40,011 nt of DNA, taken from contig JBMNRW010000002.1 of assembly GCA_050944875.1 (NCBI GenBank), positions 67,009 through 107,019 on the forward strand, written 5' to 3'. The stretch's first letter is position 1, and every line of letters begins with the position of its first letter. This DNA comes from Patescibacteria group bacterium. GTDB taxonomy: Bacteria; Patescibacteriota; UBA1384; JACPKC01. The position numbers and the translations under genes were made by a program. Shown here one piece after another: positions 7,683 to 16,976 of the stretch. Below the pieces are notes generated by a model. That model saw nothing but the letters and a program-made list of their open reading frames with translations. It was not told the origin of the DNA and did not search any database.

Positions 7683-9428
7683 GTGCGCGGCCGAGGCAGC
7701 CAAGACGCGCGTCGCCGAGAGGCGCCGATCGACGGAGGGGCGAGGATTCGCCTCCTGGTCTCGGTTGTCCTCGTCGGTATGGGGCTCATCGGCTGGCGGA
7801 TGTTCCAGAAGAGCATTCTCGAGCACCCGGTCTACGTCGCACAGGCGGAAAACCAGTACGAGATTTCGAAAGAGCTGCCGAGTAAGCGAGGGACGATCTA
7901 CGCGCAAGACGCGGAGCTCGGCCGTCGGATGCCTGTCGCAGCGACGGAGGAGCGGTTCGACATCTCTGTCGTGCCACGGAACGTGAAGGACAAAGTAGCC
8001 GCAGCGCGGACGCTCGCGGAGGTGTTCGGCCTCGACGAGGCCGAGGTTCGGGCGTCGCTCGAGACGGACAAGCTCTACCTACCACCGCTGGTCCGAGGAA
8101 CGTCGAAGGCGAAGAAGGAAGAGATCGCCGAACGGGGGTTCGTTGGCCTCCTCATCGAGAAGCGCCACCAGCGCGTCTACCCACAAGGGAGTCTGGCTGC
8201 CCACCTGCTGGGATTCGTGAACCGTGAAGCCAAGGGGAACTACGGGATCGAGGGCTGGTACGACGAGGAGCTTCGGGGCACAGCCGGTTCCGTGATCGGG
8301 CAGCGCGATACGCTCGGGCGACTCATCTCGACAGTGAGCAAGGTGACACCCAAGGACGGCGTCGACGTCGAGCTCACGATTGACCACAACGTCCAGTTTG
8401 CGGCTGAGAAGCGATTACAGCGGGCACTCGAAGAGACGGGCGCGCCGAGCGGCCAAGTCGTCATCATGGATCCCCGTGACGGCGCAATCCTTGCGCTCGC
8501 CGGTAATCCGGGGTTTAGTCCGGTGGCGTACAACGAGGTACCGGTTGAAGAGCAGCAGCGGTTCCAGAACCCGGTCACGAGCACGACGTACGAGCCAGGG
8601 TCGATCATGAAACCGCTCGTCATGGCGATGGCGATCGATCTTGGCCGAGTCGAGCCGGACACGACCGAGACGTTCGGAAAATCCGTGACCGTCCAGGGCT
8701 TCCAGATCCACACCGCGCTCGAGAAAGCATTCGGTCGTCAGACAATGAGCCAGGTCCTGCAGAACTCCGACAACGTCGCGATGGTCTGGCTCGCGCAGAA
8801 GATGACGAACGAGGAGATGTACGAGCGGTTCGTCCGGTTCGGGCTCAACGAGAAAACCGGTATCGACCTCTCTGGCGAGGCGAACGGCTGGGTGCCCGAG
8901 GCGAAGCGTTGGCAGGAGATTAACCAGGCGACGATGTCGTTCGGCCAGGGGATTGCCGTTTCTCCGATTCAGATGCTCCGGGCGTGGGCTGCTCTTGTGA
9001 ACGGTGGGAAACTCGTCACGCCGCACGTCGTTTCGCGGCTCGTCGGTGATCGCGGCGTCGTCTTGGAGTCGGAGTATCCGGTGGTAGAAGGGGTCATCCG
9101 GCCCGAGACGAGCGCAAAGCTCCGCGAAATGCTCGAGTCCGTGGTTCGGGACGGCCCGTACGGGCGGACGCGCGTTGAGGGGTACCGGATTGGCGGGAAG
9201 ACCGGGACCGCGCAGATTGCGTCGCCAGACGGTGGCTACCTGGACGGGGTGTTTGTACACTCTCTCATGGGCTTCTTCCCGGCGGACGACCCGCAGTACC
9301 TCGTGCTTGTGAAGCTTGACCGGCCGACAAGTGCCAAATTCGCCGAATCGACGGCCGGACCGGTCTTCCACGACCTTGCGCAATACCTGTTCAATTACTA
9401 TAAGATACCTCCAACTGCAGCTGAGTAG
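7683..9428 (+). CDS. ftsI: Class B penicillin-binding protein (FtsI/PBP3-like)
   Basis: N-terminal TM, RGTIY, R.YPQG dimerisation domain, YEPGSIMK (SxxK), SDN (SxN), GKTGTAQ (KTG). Confidence 0.93.
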   Translation: MRGRGSQDARRREAPIDGGARIRLLVSVVLVGMGLIGWRMFQKSILEHPVYVAQAENQYEISKELPSKRGTIYAQDAELGRRMPVAATEERFDISVVPRNVKDKVAAARTLAEVFGLDEAEVRASLETDKLYLPPLVRGTSKAKKEEIAERGFVGLLIEKRHQRVYPQGSLAAHLLGFVNREAKGNYGIEGWYDEELRGTAGSVIGQRDTLGRLISTVSKVTPKDGVDVELTIDHNVQFAAEKRLQRALEETGAPSGQVVIMDPRDGAILALAGNPGFSPVAYNEVPVEEQQRFQNPVTSTTYEPGSIMKPLVMAMAIDLGRVEPDTTETFGKSVTVQGFQIHTALEKAFGRQTMSQVLQNSDNVAMVWLAQKMTNEEMYERFVRFGLNEKTGIDLSGEANGWVPEAKRWQEINQATMSFGQGIAVSPIQMLRAWAALVNGGKLVTPHVVSRLVGDRGVVLESEYPVVEGVIRPETSAKLREMLESVVRDGPYGRTRVEGYRIGGKTGTAQIASPDGGYLDGVFVHSLMGFFPADDPQYLVLVKLDRPTSAKFAESTAGPVFHDLAQYLFNYYKIPPTAAE

Positions 9429-9437
9429 AGGAGCGGT

Positions 9438-10595
9438 ATGGCTATGGTCCGATCGTTTGTCGAATACCTCCTCCGCTGGGCGACGCGGCGTACGGTTCGC
9501 GTGCAAAATCCGCTCGTCATTGGTGTGACCGGGAGCTCCGGGAAGACGAGTACGAAAGAGGCGATCGGCCACGTGTTGCGAAAGACGGTCCGTGATCGGA
9601 TCGTTCGCGTCGGGCAAGGGAATCTGAATTCCGAGTTCGGGTTGCCACTCGTTGTGCTCGGCCTACAGAAGCCAGAGGGGAAGCTCGCCTGGGCAAAAAC
9701 GGCGTGCCTAGTGCTTTGGCGCGGACTCTGGTCAGAGCGAGTCCGGGCGCCGCTCGTCCTCGTTCTGGAGTACGGCGTGGAGTTTCCAGGAGATATGGCG
9801 AAGCTGGTCTCGATCGTCCCGCCGCAGGTGGCGGTCGTGACCGTCGTCGGCGAGGCGCATACGGAGTTTTTGGGGTCGCTCGACGGTGTTGCGAAGGAGA
9901 AGGGCGGACTCGTCCGCGCGCTCCCGAAGAGCGGCATCGCTATCTTGAACGCGAATGACCGCCGGGTCATGGCGATGGGTGATCGGACGCAGGCGCTCGT
10001 CGTGCCGATCAAGACGCCGCTCGCCGAGCTCTCGCAGGCGATGGCCGTGGCGGTCGCTGAGCACGCGCTCGGCGTTGATCGGGTGAAGGCCGAGGCAGCG
10101 ATGAAGGACTGGACGCGTCCGAAGGGGCGTCTCCAGCTCCTCAAGGCGCAGAAGGGTGCCTGGCTCCTCGACGATTCGTACAATGCTAACCCGAACTCCA
10201 TGACGTTCGCGCTCTCCGAGCTCCGGCGCATCGCGAGCGAGAAGAAGGCGCGCCGGAGCATTGCTGTCTTGGGTGACATGCTCGAGCTCGGTAGTGGTGA
10301 GAACAAAGCGCACGCCGGGATCGCTCTCCTCGCCGAACGGGTTGCAGACCGGGTGGTGCTCGTCGGGCCGCGATTTCGACGCACGAAACGCGGGGAATGG
10401 TACCCGGGTCCGATCCAGGCGGCAGACGCGCTCGCCCCGACGATCGAGGCAGGGGACGTCGTACTGGTGAAGGGATCGCAGGGGATGCGCATGGAGAAGG
10501 TGAGCGAAGCGCTCCTCGCTAACCCTCGTGAAGCACACGCAGTGCTCGAACGCCAGACGCCGTACTGGAAAGCAAAGCCGTACGTGGCGCCGTAA
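9438..10595 (+). CDS. murF: Mur ligase, MurF-type, shortened
   Basis: IGVTGSSGKTSTK P-loop, GNLNSEFG, LVLEYG, HTEF, ILNAND, DDSYNANP, VLGDMLELG, VLVKGS. Confidence 0.87.
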   Translation: MAMVRSFVEYLLRWATRRTVRVQNPLVIGVTGSSGKTSTKEAIGHVLRKTVRDRIVRVGQGNLNSEFGLPLVVLGLQKPEGKLAWAKTACLVLWRGLWSERVRAPLVLVLEYGVEFPGDMAKLVSIVPPQVAVVTVVGEAHTEFLGSLDGVAKEKGGLVRALPKSGIAILNANDRRVMAMGDRTQALVVPIKTPLAELSQAMAVAVAEHALGVDRVKAEAAMKDWTRPKGRLQLLKAQKGAWLLDDSYNANPNSMTFALSELRRIASEKKARRSIAVLGDMLELGSGENKAHAGIALLAERVADRVVLVGPRFRRTKRGEWYPGPIQAADALAPTIEAGDVVLVKGSQGMRMEKVSEALLANPREAHAVLERQTPYWKAKPYVAP

Positions 10596-10604
10596 GGGAG
10601 GGGT

Positions 10605-11636
10605 ATGGAAGTTCTCACGCTCGCACTGACTGACCTATCGTTCGTGTTCTGGTTGACCGCGCTCGCGTTCGTGTTGGCGATCGCGCTGACGCCGCTCCTC
10701 ACGGATTTCCTGTACGCGAACGAGGTGTGGAAGCAGCCGAAGGACACTGCGATCACCGGGGAGAAGGCATCGGTGTACCACAAGCTCCACGCCGCGAAGC
10801 ACAAGCGGAAAATCCCGACCATGGCGGGCGTCCTCATGTGGGGGGTCGTCGCGATCGTTACGCTCCTCTTCAACCTCGATCGTGCCGGGACCTGGCTCCC
10901 GCTCTTCACGCTCGTCGCAGCCGGGTTGCTCGGGCTCGTGGATGACTACATTAATATCCGCTGGACCGAGCGGACCGGGATCAAGGGGATGCGGTCCGGG
11001 ATGAAGTTCGCGCTCCAGCTCCTCATCGGTGGCGTCGGCGCCTGGTGGTTCTACTCGAAACTCGGGTTCGACATCCTCCATATCCCCGGGCTTGGCGACC
11101 TGTCGATCGGCCTCTGGTACATCCCGTTCTTCATCCTCGTCATTATCGCGAGTGCGAACGCCGTGAACATTACCGACGGCCTCGACGGTCTAGCTGGCGG
11201 GTTGCTCGCGATCGTGTTCACGGCCTACACCGTGATCGCGCTCACGTACGGCAACGTCGAGCTCGCCGCGTTCTGCGGGGCAGTCGTCGGCGCGGTCCTC
11301 GCGTACACGTGGTTCAACATCTACCCCGCCCGGTTCATGATGGGCGATACTGGCTCACTTGCCCTTGGTGCGACGCTCGGCGTTGTCGCCATGCTCACGA
11401 ATACGGCGATTCCGCTCATCCTCATCGCCGGAGTGTTCGTCATTGAAACGCTCTCATCAATTATCCAAATCACATCGAAGCGTCTCTTTGGCCGCAAGGT
11501 GTTTATCTTAGCGCCCCTCCACCATCACCTCGAAGCGCATGGCTGGCCGGAGACGAAGGTGACGATGCGGCTCTGGGTCATTGGCGCGGTGTTCGCGATT
11601 CTCGGGCTCGTCTTCGCGCTCTTTGGGCGTGGGTAG
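10605..11636 (+). CDS. mraY: Phospho-N-acetylmuramoyl-pentapeptide transferase
   Basis: IPTMAG, GLVDDY, NAVNITDGLDGL, WFNIYPARFMMGDTGS, APLHHHLE. Confidence 0.97.
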   Translation: MEVLTLALTDLSFVFWLTALAFVLAIALTPLLTDFLYANEVWKQPKDTAITGEKASVYHKLHAAKHKRKIPTMAGVLMWGVVAIVTLLFNLDRAGTWLPLFTLVAAGLLGLVDDYINIRWTERTGIKGMRSGMKFALQLLIGGVGAWWFYSKLGFDILHIPGLGDLSIGLWYIPFFILVIIASANAVNITDGLDGLAGGLLAIVFTAYTVIALTYGNVELAAFCGAVVGAVLAYTWFNIYPARFMMGDTGSLALGATLGVVAMLTNTAIPLILIAGVFVIETLSSIIQITSKRLFGRKVFILAPLHHHLEAHGWPETKVTMRLWVIGAVFAILGLVFALFGRG

Positions 11637-11641
11637 GGCTG

Positions 11642-12688
11642 ATGCGCGCTTCCCGGATCCGCGTGCTCGAGGTCCAAGCGGACGACCCGTGGGGTGGGGC
11701 GGCGGCGCACGTCGCCTCGCTCGTCGATGCTCTTTCGAAAGATATTGACGCTAAGGTAGTTTCGCCGCGCGGCGGACACATGGACCGGTCGGACGTACCA
11801 CTCATTCCGTGGGAGTCAGGGCAGTCGCTCCGCGACATTCTCGCTGCCCACCCGGCCGACCTCATTCACCTCCACGGCGTCCGGGCGGGCAAGGAGGGGT
11901 GGCTGGCGCTCCGCGGCACGTCGCAGCCGGTCGTGTACACCGAGCACCTCTGGACGAAGGCGTACCACCTTGTTAACCCCATACGTGAGTGGGTGCAGGT
12001 GCTCGGCCTGCGGCTCATTGCAGCCAGGGCGAGCGCAGTTATCGCGCCGTCCGAAGCAGTCGCGAGCTTCCTTGCTGGCCGGGGCATCGTGTCAGCGGAG
12101 AAGTTGCACCGCATTCCGCACGGCATCGCTGAGCGTCCCGCCTGTGCGCAACCAACAGCGCTCGTCGTGGGGATGGTGGGGAGCTTGAACCGGACGAAGC
12201 GGTACGACCTTGCCCTCGATGCGCTCGCTCGAATTGGCGATGCGTTCCCGTGGCGGCTCGTCGTCTTCGGCACGGGCGAAGAGCGGCCGGCGCTCGAGCG
12301 GCGGGCGAAGGAGCTTCACCTCGATGACCGGATCGAGTGGCGGGCGAACGCGCGCGTGGTTGAGTTCTGCGACTTCAGCGTGTTCCTGCACACCTCTTCG
12401 AGTGAGAGCTTTGGGCTCTCGGTCGCCGAAGCGATGGCGGCTGGCGTGCCAGTCGTCGTCACAAAGGTAGGGGCGCTCCCTGAGCTCGTCGGCGAGGCTG
12501 GGATTATTGTCGAGAGCGACAGCCGAGCGATCACGACTGCGCTCACCACCCTCTTCAATGATAGGAAGGCGCGGCAATCACTTGGCGCCAAGGGGCGGTC
12601 CCGTATCCGTTCCCAGTTCAGTATTGCAGGGATGGCCGAGGCGACGGCGTCGGTGTACCGTACAGTCTATGAAACGCACGCTCACTAG
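11642..12688 (+). CDS. Glycosyltransferase family 4 (GT-B, retaining)
   Basis: WGGAAAHV N-terminal loop, DLIHLH, VYTEH, IPHG, ESFGLSVAEAMAAGVPVV (E-X7-E motif). Confidence 0.92.
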   Translation: MRASRIRVLEVQADDPWGGAAAHVASLVDALSKDIDAKVVSPRGGHMDRSDVPLIPWESGQSLRDILAAHPADLIHLHGVRAGKEGWLALRGTSQPVVYTEHLWTKAYHLVNPIREWVQVLGLRLIAARASAVIAPSEAVASFLAGRGIVSAEKLHRIPHGIAERPACAQPTALVVGMVGSLNRTKRYDLALDALARIGDAFPWRLVVFGTGEERPALERRAKELHLDDRIEWRANARVVEFCDFSVFLHTSSSESFGLSVAEAMAAGVPVVVTKVGALPELVGEAGIIVESDSRAITTALTTLFNDRKARQSLGAKGRSRIRSQFSIAGMAEATASVYRTVYETHAH

Positions 12689-13361
12689 CCTTGCACGACT
12701 CACAAAGACCGTACTCGCGTACCGGACACACGCCCTTCGCGGTGATCTTGGGTACGAGGTGCTCGAACTCCCGCCCGGCGAACGGGTGCTCGTCTGTGCG
12801 CCACACCCGGACGACGACGTCATCGGTTGCGGCGGCGCGATCGCACGGCTGCGGGCAGCCGGCAAGCAGGTCGATATCCTCTACCAGTTTGACGTCACAC
12901 CGGAGCGATGGGAAGAAGGGAAGCGTGGCGCCGAGCTCCTGGGCGTCCCGGCAGAGCACGTGCACCGCGTCGACCAGGCGCAACCGCTGTCCGCGTTCTT
13001 CGAGCAGCTCGCCCCGGACACGGTGTACCTCCCGTCGAGCATCGACAACCACCCTGACCACATCGCGATGCACCGGGCAGTGCTCGACTGTGTCCCGGAT
13101 GATGTGACGCTCGTGAACTATGAGGTGTGGACGCCGGTGTTCTTCAATAAGATTCTCCCCATCGACGACGTCATCAAGACGAAGCAGGCGGCGATCCGTG
13201 CCCATCGGAGCCAGCTCAAAGACCGGGACTACGAAGCGGCGCTCCTCGGATTGGCGCAGTACCGGGCGGCCTCGCTCGGCGTCGGCCGCTACGCCGAGGC
13301 GTACCTCGTCGTCTCGCCAGCAGTTGCGCGGCGACTCGCGACCGCTGCGGTCGAGGCGTAG
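12669..13361 (+). CDS. PIG-L/LmbE-family N-deacetylase
   Basis: APHPDDDVIGCGG, DNHPDH, YEVW, K..AI..H.SQ. ATG at 12669 overlaps the GT4 end by 20 nt. Confidence 0.92.
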   Translation: MKRTLTSLARLTKTVLAYRTHALRGDLGYEVLELPPGERVLVCAPHPDDDVIGCGGAIARLRAAGKQVDILYQFDVTPERWEEGKRGAELLGVPAEHVHRVDQAQPLSAFFEQLAPDTVYLPSSIDNHPDHIAMHRAVLDCVPDDVTLVNYEVWTPVFFNKILPIDDVIKTKQAAIRAHRSQLKDRDYEAALLGLAQYRAASLGVGRYAEAYLVVSPAVARRLATAAVEA

Positions 13362-13389
13362 ACAGGGTCGGCCAAGGTTCCGGTATACT
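13359..13389 (+). promoter_or_regulatory. Putative internal promoter for murD, possibly leaderless
   Basis: TAGACA (13359-13364), 19-nt spacer, TATACT (13384-13389), then 6 nt to the murD ATG; no SD sequence. Confidence 0.4.
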
Positions 13390-13395
13390 ACGCCT

Positions 13396-14763
13396 ATGCT
13401 GCCCGAACACCTTGTAGGACGTCGGATCGGGATCCTTGGTTTTGGCCGGAACCACCAGGCGCTCCTTGGCTGGCTCGTTCGTCACGGCGTGTCCGCGCTC
13501 ACTGTGTTCGATGAGTCGCCAGACGCAGAAGTCCGGGTCCGCGAGGCTGGTTTCGCCGTCCCGGTCGTCGCTGGCCCGACGGCGTTCGCGTCGCTCGACG
13601 CCGACGTGCTCTTCCGATCGCCCGGTATCCCGCGGCATCGCAGTGAGCTCGTCGATGCCGAAGCTCAGGGCGCCTACCTCACTTCGCAGACTGAGCTCTT
13701 CCTCGAGGTCTGTCCGGCGCTCACCGTCGGTGTGACTGGGACGAAGGGGAAGAGTACGACGAGCGCGCTCACGGCACACCTGATCTCGGCGAGCGGCCGC
13801 CGGTGCTACCTGGCGGGGAATATCGGGAAAGATCCCTTTGAGTTCCTCGACGAGCTCTCGGCCGACGATGTTGTTGTGCTTGAGCTCTCGAGCTTCCAGC
13901 TGGACGGCCTCAGGTTGAGTCCGCGCGTCGGCATCGTCGTCGGCGTAACGGTTGACCACCTGGACCACCACCGATCCGTAGCGGAGTACCACGCCGCGAA
14001 AGCCACGATCGTCGTAAACCAGGGTGCAGACGGTATAGCAATCCTGAATGCGGATGACCCGGTCAGCGCGAGCTACGCGACTGGCCTGCGCGGCCAAACG
14101 CTGTACTTCTCCGTTACGCGTCCGGTTACGGCCGGCTGCGCGCTCTCGGGTGAGTCGTTCCAGTGGTACGTGCCAGGAGAAGAGCCGCGCACTATTGCCA
14201 CCGTAGCCGATGTTCCACTTCTCGGAACGCATCACCGGCGGAACGTGGCCGCGGCGCTCACGGCTGCACTCGCGCTCGACGTCCCGACTGAGGTACTCCA
14301 GCCTGCACTCCGTTCGTTCGTCGGGCTCCCGCACCGGCTCCAGCGCATCCACGAAGCCCACGGCATCCAGTACTACGACGATTCGTACGCGACCATGCCG
14401 GACGCGACGATTGCGGCGCTCGAGAGCATGTCGGGGCCGTTTCACCTCATCGTTGGCGGCTCCGACAAGGGAGCGACGTGGGAGGCGCTTAGCCAAGCAA
14501 TTGCGCAGACAAACCCAGTTACCTTACTCGTGATGGGGCAGACTGGCCCGGCGATCGCGAGCGCCGCGCGGGCAGCCGGGTATGCGAGCGAGCGGATCAT
14601 TGAGGTAGGAACGCTCGAGCGGGCGATGACAGTGGCGCGGGAGCGCGTGCAACCGGGCGAGCTCGTCCTCCTCTCTCCTGCGAGTGCTTCATTTGACCAG
14701 TTCAAGAACGCCGGCGAGCGCGGCGACCGGTTCGCTGAGCTTGCCCGAACAGGGGATGCATGA
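13396..14763 (+). CDS. murD: UDP-MurNAc-L-Ala:D-Glu ligase
   Basis: LGFGRN, SPGIP, GVTGTKGKSTT, GNIG, VLELSSFQL, DHLDHH, GLPHRLQ, YYDDS, GGSDKG, LLSPASASFDQF. Confidence 0.96.
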   Translation: MLPEHLVGRRIGILGFGRNHQALLGWLVRHGVSALTVFDESPDAEVRVREAGFAVPVVAGPTAFASLDADVLFRSPGIPRHRSELVDAEAQGAYLTSQTELFLEVCPALTVGVTGTKGKSTTSALTAHLISASGRRCYLAGNIGKDPFEFLDELSADDVVVLELSSFQLDGLRLSPRVGIVVGVTVDHLDHHRSVAEYHAAKATIVVNQGADGIAILNADDPVSASYATGLRGQTLYFSVTRPVTAGCALSGESFQWYVPGEEPRTIATVADVPLLGTHHRRNVAAALTAALALDVPTEVLQPALRSFVGLPHRLQRIHEAHGIQYYDDSYATMPDATIAALESMSGPFHLIVGGSDKGATWEALSQAIAQTNPVTLLVMGQTGPAIASAARAAGYASERIIEVGTLERAMTVARERVQPGELVLLSPASASFDQFKNAGERGDRFAELARTGDA

Positions 14764-15899
14764 GCGGCCTCGCCCGGTTCCGTGCGCCGAGCCGCGGTCG
14801 GATTGACGGCTGGCTCTTGCTCGCTGTACTCGCTCTTCTGGCCTTCGGTCTCATCATGATCTCCTCGGCGTCGATCGTGCTCTCGAGTGAGCAGTTCGAT
14901 TCGAACTTCGTGTACACGACGAATCAGCTCACGCACGTCGGACTCGGCCTCGTCGCGCTGACGATTGGCTCGCTCATCGACTACCGGCTCTGGCAACGCT
15001 GGGCGCCACTCCTCCTCGTCGCGACCTTCGTCCTGCTACTCATGGTCTTCATCCCGGGCATTGGCGACGTTCAGCGCGGCACGCGTGGGTGGCTCAACCT
15101 CGGCCCACTCTCCTTCCAGGCGGCTGAAGTGGCGAAGGTGACGCTCATCCTCTACTTCGCGGCGTGGTTCTCGAGTCGAAAGGGGGAGCTTCAGAGCTTT
15201 ACAGCGGGCTTCCTGCCGTTTCTCGTCCTCCTCGGCGCGATCGTCCTCCTTATCATGCTGCAGCCGGACGCCGGGACGACGATGGTCATCGTCCTCACCA
15301 TCGTCGCAATGTATGTCGCAGCCGGGTTGCCCTGGACGCATTTCCTCGCAGGGGCCGCCGCCGGTGGTAGTCTCCTGGGGATCTTCATTCTCTCTGCGCC
15401 GTATCGACTTCAGCGCCTCATGACCTTCCTCAATCCGTCCGCGGAAACGCTCGGCGCGGGGTACCACATTAACCAGGCCTACCTCGCTATCGGTGCGGGC
15501 GGCGTACTCGGACTTGGCTTCGGGCAGAGCCGCCAGAAGTTCCTCTACCTCCCCGAGCCGCACACGGACTCGATCTTCGCAATCGCAATCGAGGAACTCG
15601 GCTTTATCCGTGTTGGCCTCGTCCTCCTCGTCCTCCTCTTCGTCATCCTGCGCGGCTACCGGATCGCTGAGTATGCAGCGGACGACTTCGGCCGGTACGT
15701 CGCCGTCGGTATTACGAGCCTCATCGCAATCCAGACGTTCGTAAACCTGGGCGCGATGCTCGGGCTCATGCCGCTCACTGGCGTGACATTGCCGTTCATC
15801 AGCTACGGAGGATCGTCAGTGATTGCGCTCATGGGTGCGGTTGGCATTCTCTTGAACGTCTCTCGGCAAACGGTAGTGCCGAGCGGGAGGGCTGCGTGA
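14760..15899 (+). CDS. ftsW: SEDS peptidoglycan polymerase FtsW
   Basis: GLIMISSAS, RGWL.LG..SFQAAEVAK, QPDAGT, GLGFGQS.QK..YLPEPHTDSIFA, PLTGVTLPFISYGGSS; dcw position. Confidence 0.93.
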   Translation: MSGLARFRAPSRGRIDGWLLLAVLALLAFGLIMISSASIVLSSEQFDSNFVYTTNQLTHVGLGLVALTIGSLIDYRLWQRWAPLLLVATFVLLLMVFIPGIGDVQRGTRGWLNLGPLSFQAAEVAKVTLILYFAAWFSSRKGELQSFTAGFLPFLVLLGAIVLLIMLQPDAGTTMVIVLTIVAMYVAAGLPWTHFLAGAAAGGSLLGIFILSAPYRLQRLMTFLNPSAETLGAGYHINQAYLAIGAGGVLGLGFGQSRQKFLYLPEPHTDSIFAIAIEELGFIRVGLVLLVLLFVILRGYRIAEYAADDFGRYVAVGITSLIAIQTFVNLGAMLGLMPLTGVTLPFISYGGSSVIALMGAVGILLNVSRQTVVPSGRAA

Positions 15900-16966
15900 C
15901 CGCCGGCCGGACGATCGTCGTCGCCGGAGGGGGGACGGGCGGGCACGTCTACCCCGTGCTCGCTGTCATCGACGCGCTCCGGAGCGAAGACCCGACGCTG
16001 CGCTTCGTGTACATCGGGCAGATTGGCGGACCCGAGCATACGCTGGTCGCCCGGGCGAACATCCCCTTCGTCGGTATCCACGCCGAGAAGCTCCGTCGGT
16101 ACTGGGACCTCCGGACGCTCTTCCTACCAGTACGGATTCTCCAAGGTATCGTCGAGGCGTGGCAGCAGCTCGGACAGATCCGCCCTGCTGTGGTGTTCCT
16201 CAAGGGCGGGTACGTCATACTCCCGGTCGCTATCGCTGCTTGGCTCCGCGGCATCCCGATCGTCCTCCACGAGACAGACGCGACCATGGGACTTGCGAAC
16301 CGACTAGTAGCGCCGCTGGCGCGGCGGGTTGCCCTGAGCTTCCCACGTTCGAGCTACGCGGGACGGGTGAGGTCCGGATTCGTCTCGACTGGGCACCCGA
16401 TTATGCCAGCGTTCTTCCAGGAATCTCGTACTACCCAGAGCACTCGGCCGGTTCTCTTGGTCGCGATGGGTTCGCAGGGGGCAACGTCCGTGAACGAACT
16501 TCTCAAGCCGATCCTGCCGAAACTCCTCGAGCGCTACCGCGTCATCCACCTGACGGGCGAGCGCGACTTGCCCGCGTTCCGCCGGGCGTTTGCGAGCCAG
16601 CAGTACGAGCCAATGGCGTACACGCACGACTTCGCAGCGGTGCTCCGCCGCGCCGACCTCGTCCTGTCCCGGGCGGGCGGCACGATCTTCGAGCTCGCGA
16701 CACTTGGCAAGCCGACGATCCTCATTCCGCTCCCCAGTGCAGCGAACGACCACCAGCGGGTGAACGCGCGCGAACTTGAGCGAAGGGGTGCTGCGGTCGT
16801 CCTTGAGCAGGTCGCCCTCACGCCTGATGTGTTGTACGAGACAATTGCAAGCCTCATGCGAGATACTGCGCGGCGGAATACACTTGCGGAGCGGATTGGG
16901 CAGTTCGCGCGGCCAGATGCGGCCAAGCAAGTTGCAAAGCTCGTCCTCAGCATTGCGAAACCATAG
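15896..16966 (+). CDS. murG: Lipid II GlcNAc transferase MurG
   Basis: GGGTGGHVYP, KGGYV, HETD...GLANR, GSQGA, LSRAGG, LIPLP...DHQ..NA. Confidence 0.96.
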   Translation: MTAGRTIVVAGGGTGGHVYPVLAVIDALRSEDPTLRFVYIGQIGGPEHTLVARANIPFVGIHAEKLRRYWDLRTLFLPVRILQGIVEAWQQLGQIRPAVVFLKGGYVILPVAIAAWLRGIPIVLHETDATMGLANRLVAPLARRVALSFPRSSYAGRVRSGFVSTGHPIMPAFFQESRTTQSTRPVLLVAMGSQGATSVNELLKPILPKLLERYRVIHLTGERDLPAFRRAFASQQYEPMAYTHDFAAVLRRADLVLSRAGGTIFELATLGKPTILIPLPSAANDHQRVNARELERRGAAVVLEQVALTPDVLYETIASLMRDTARRNTLAERIGQFARPDAAKQVAKLVLSIAKP

Positions 16967-16976
16967 GAGCACGACG

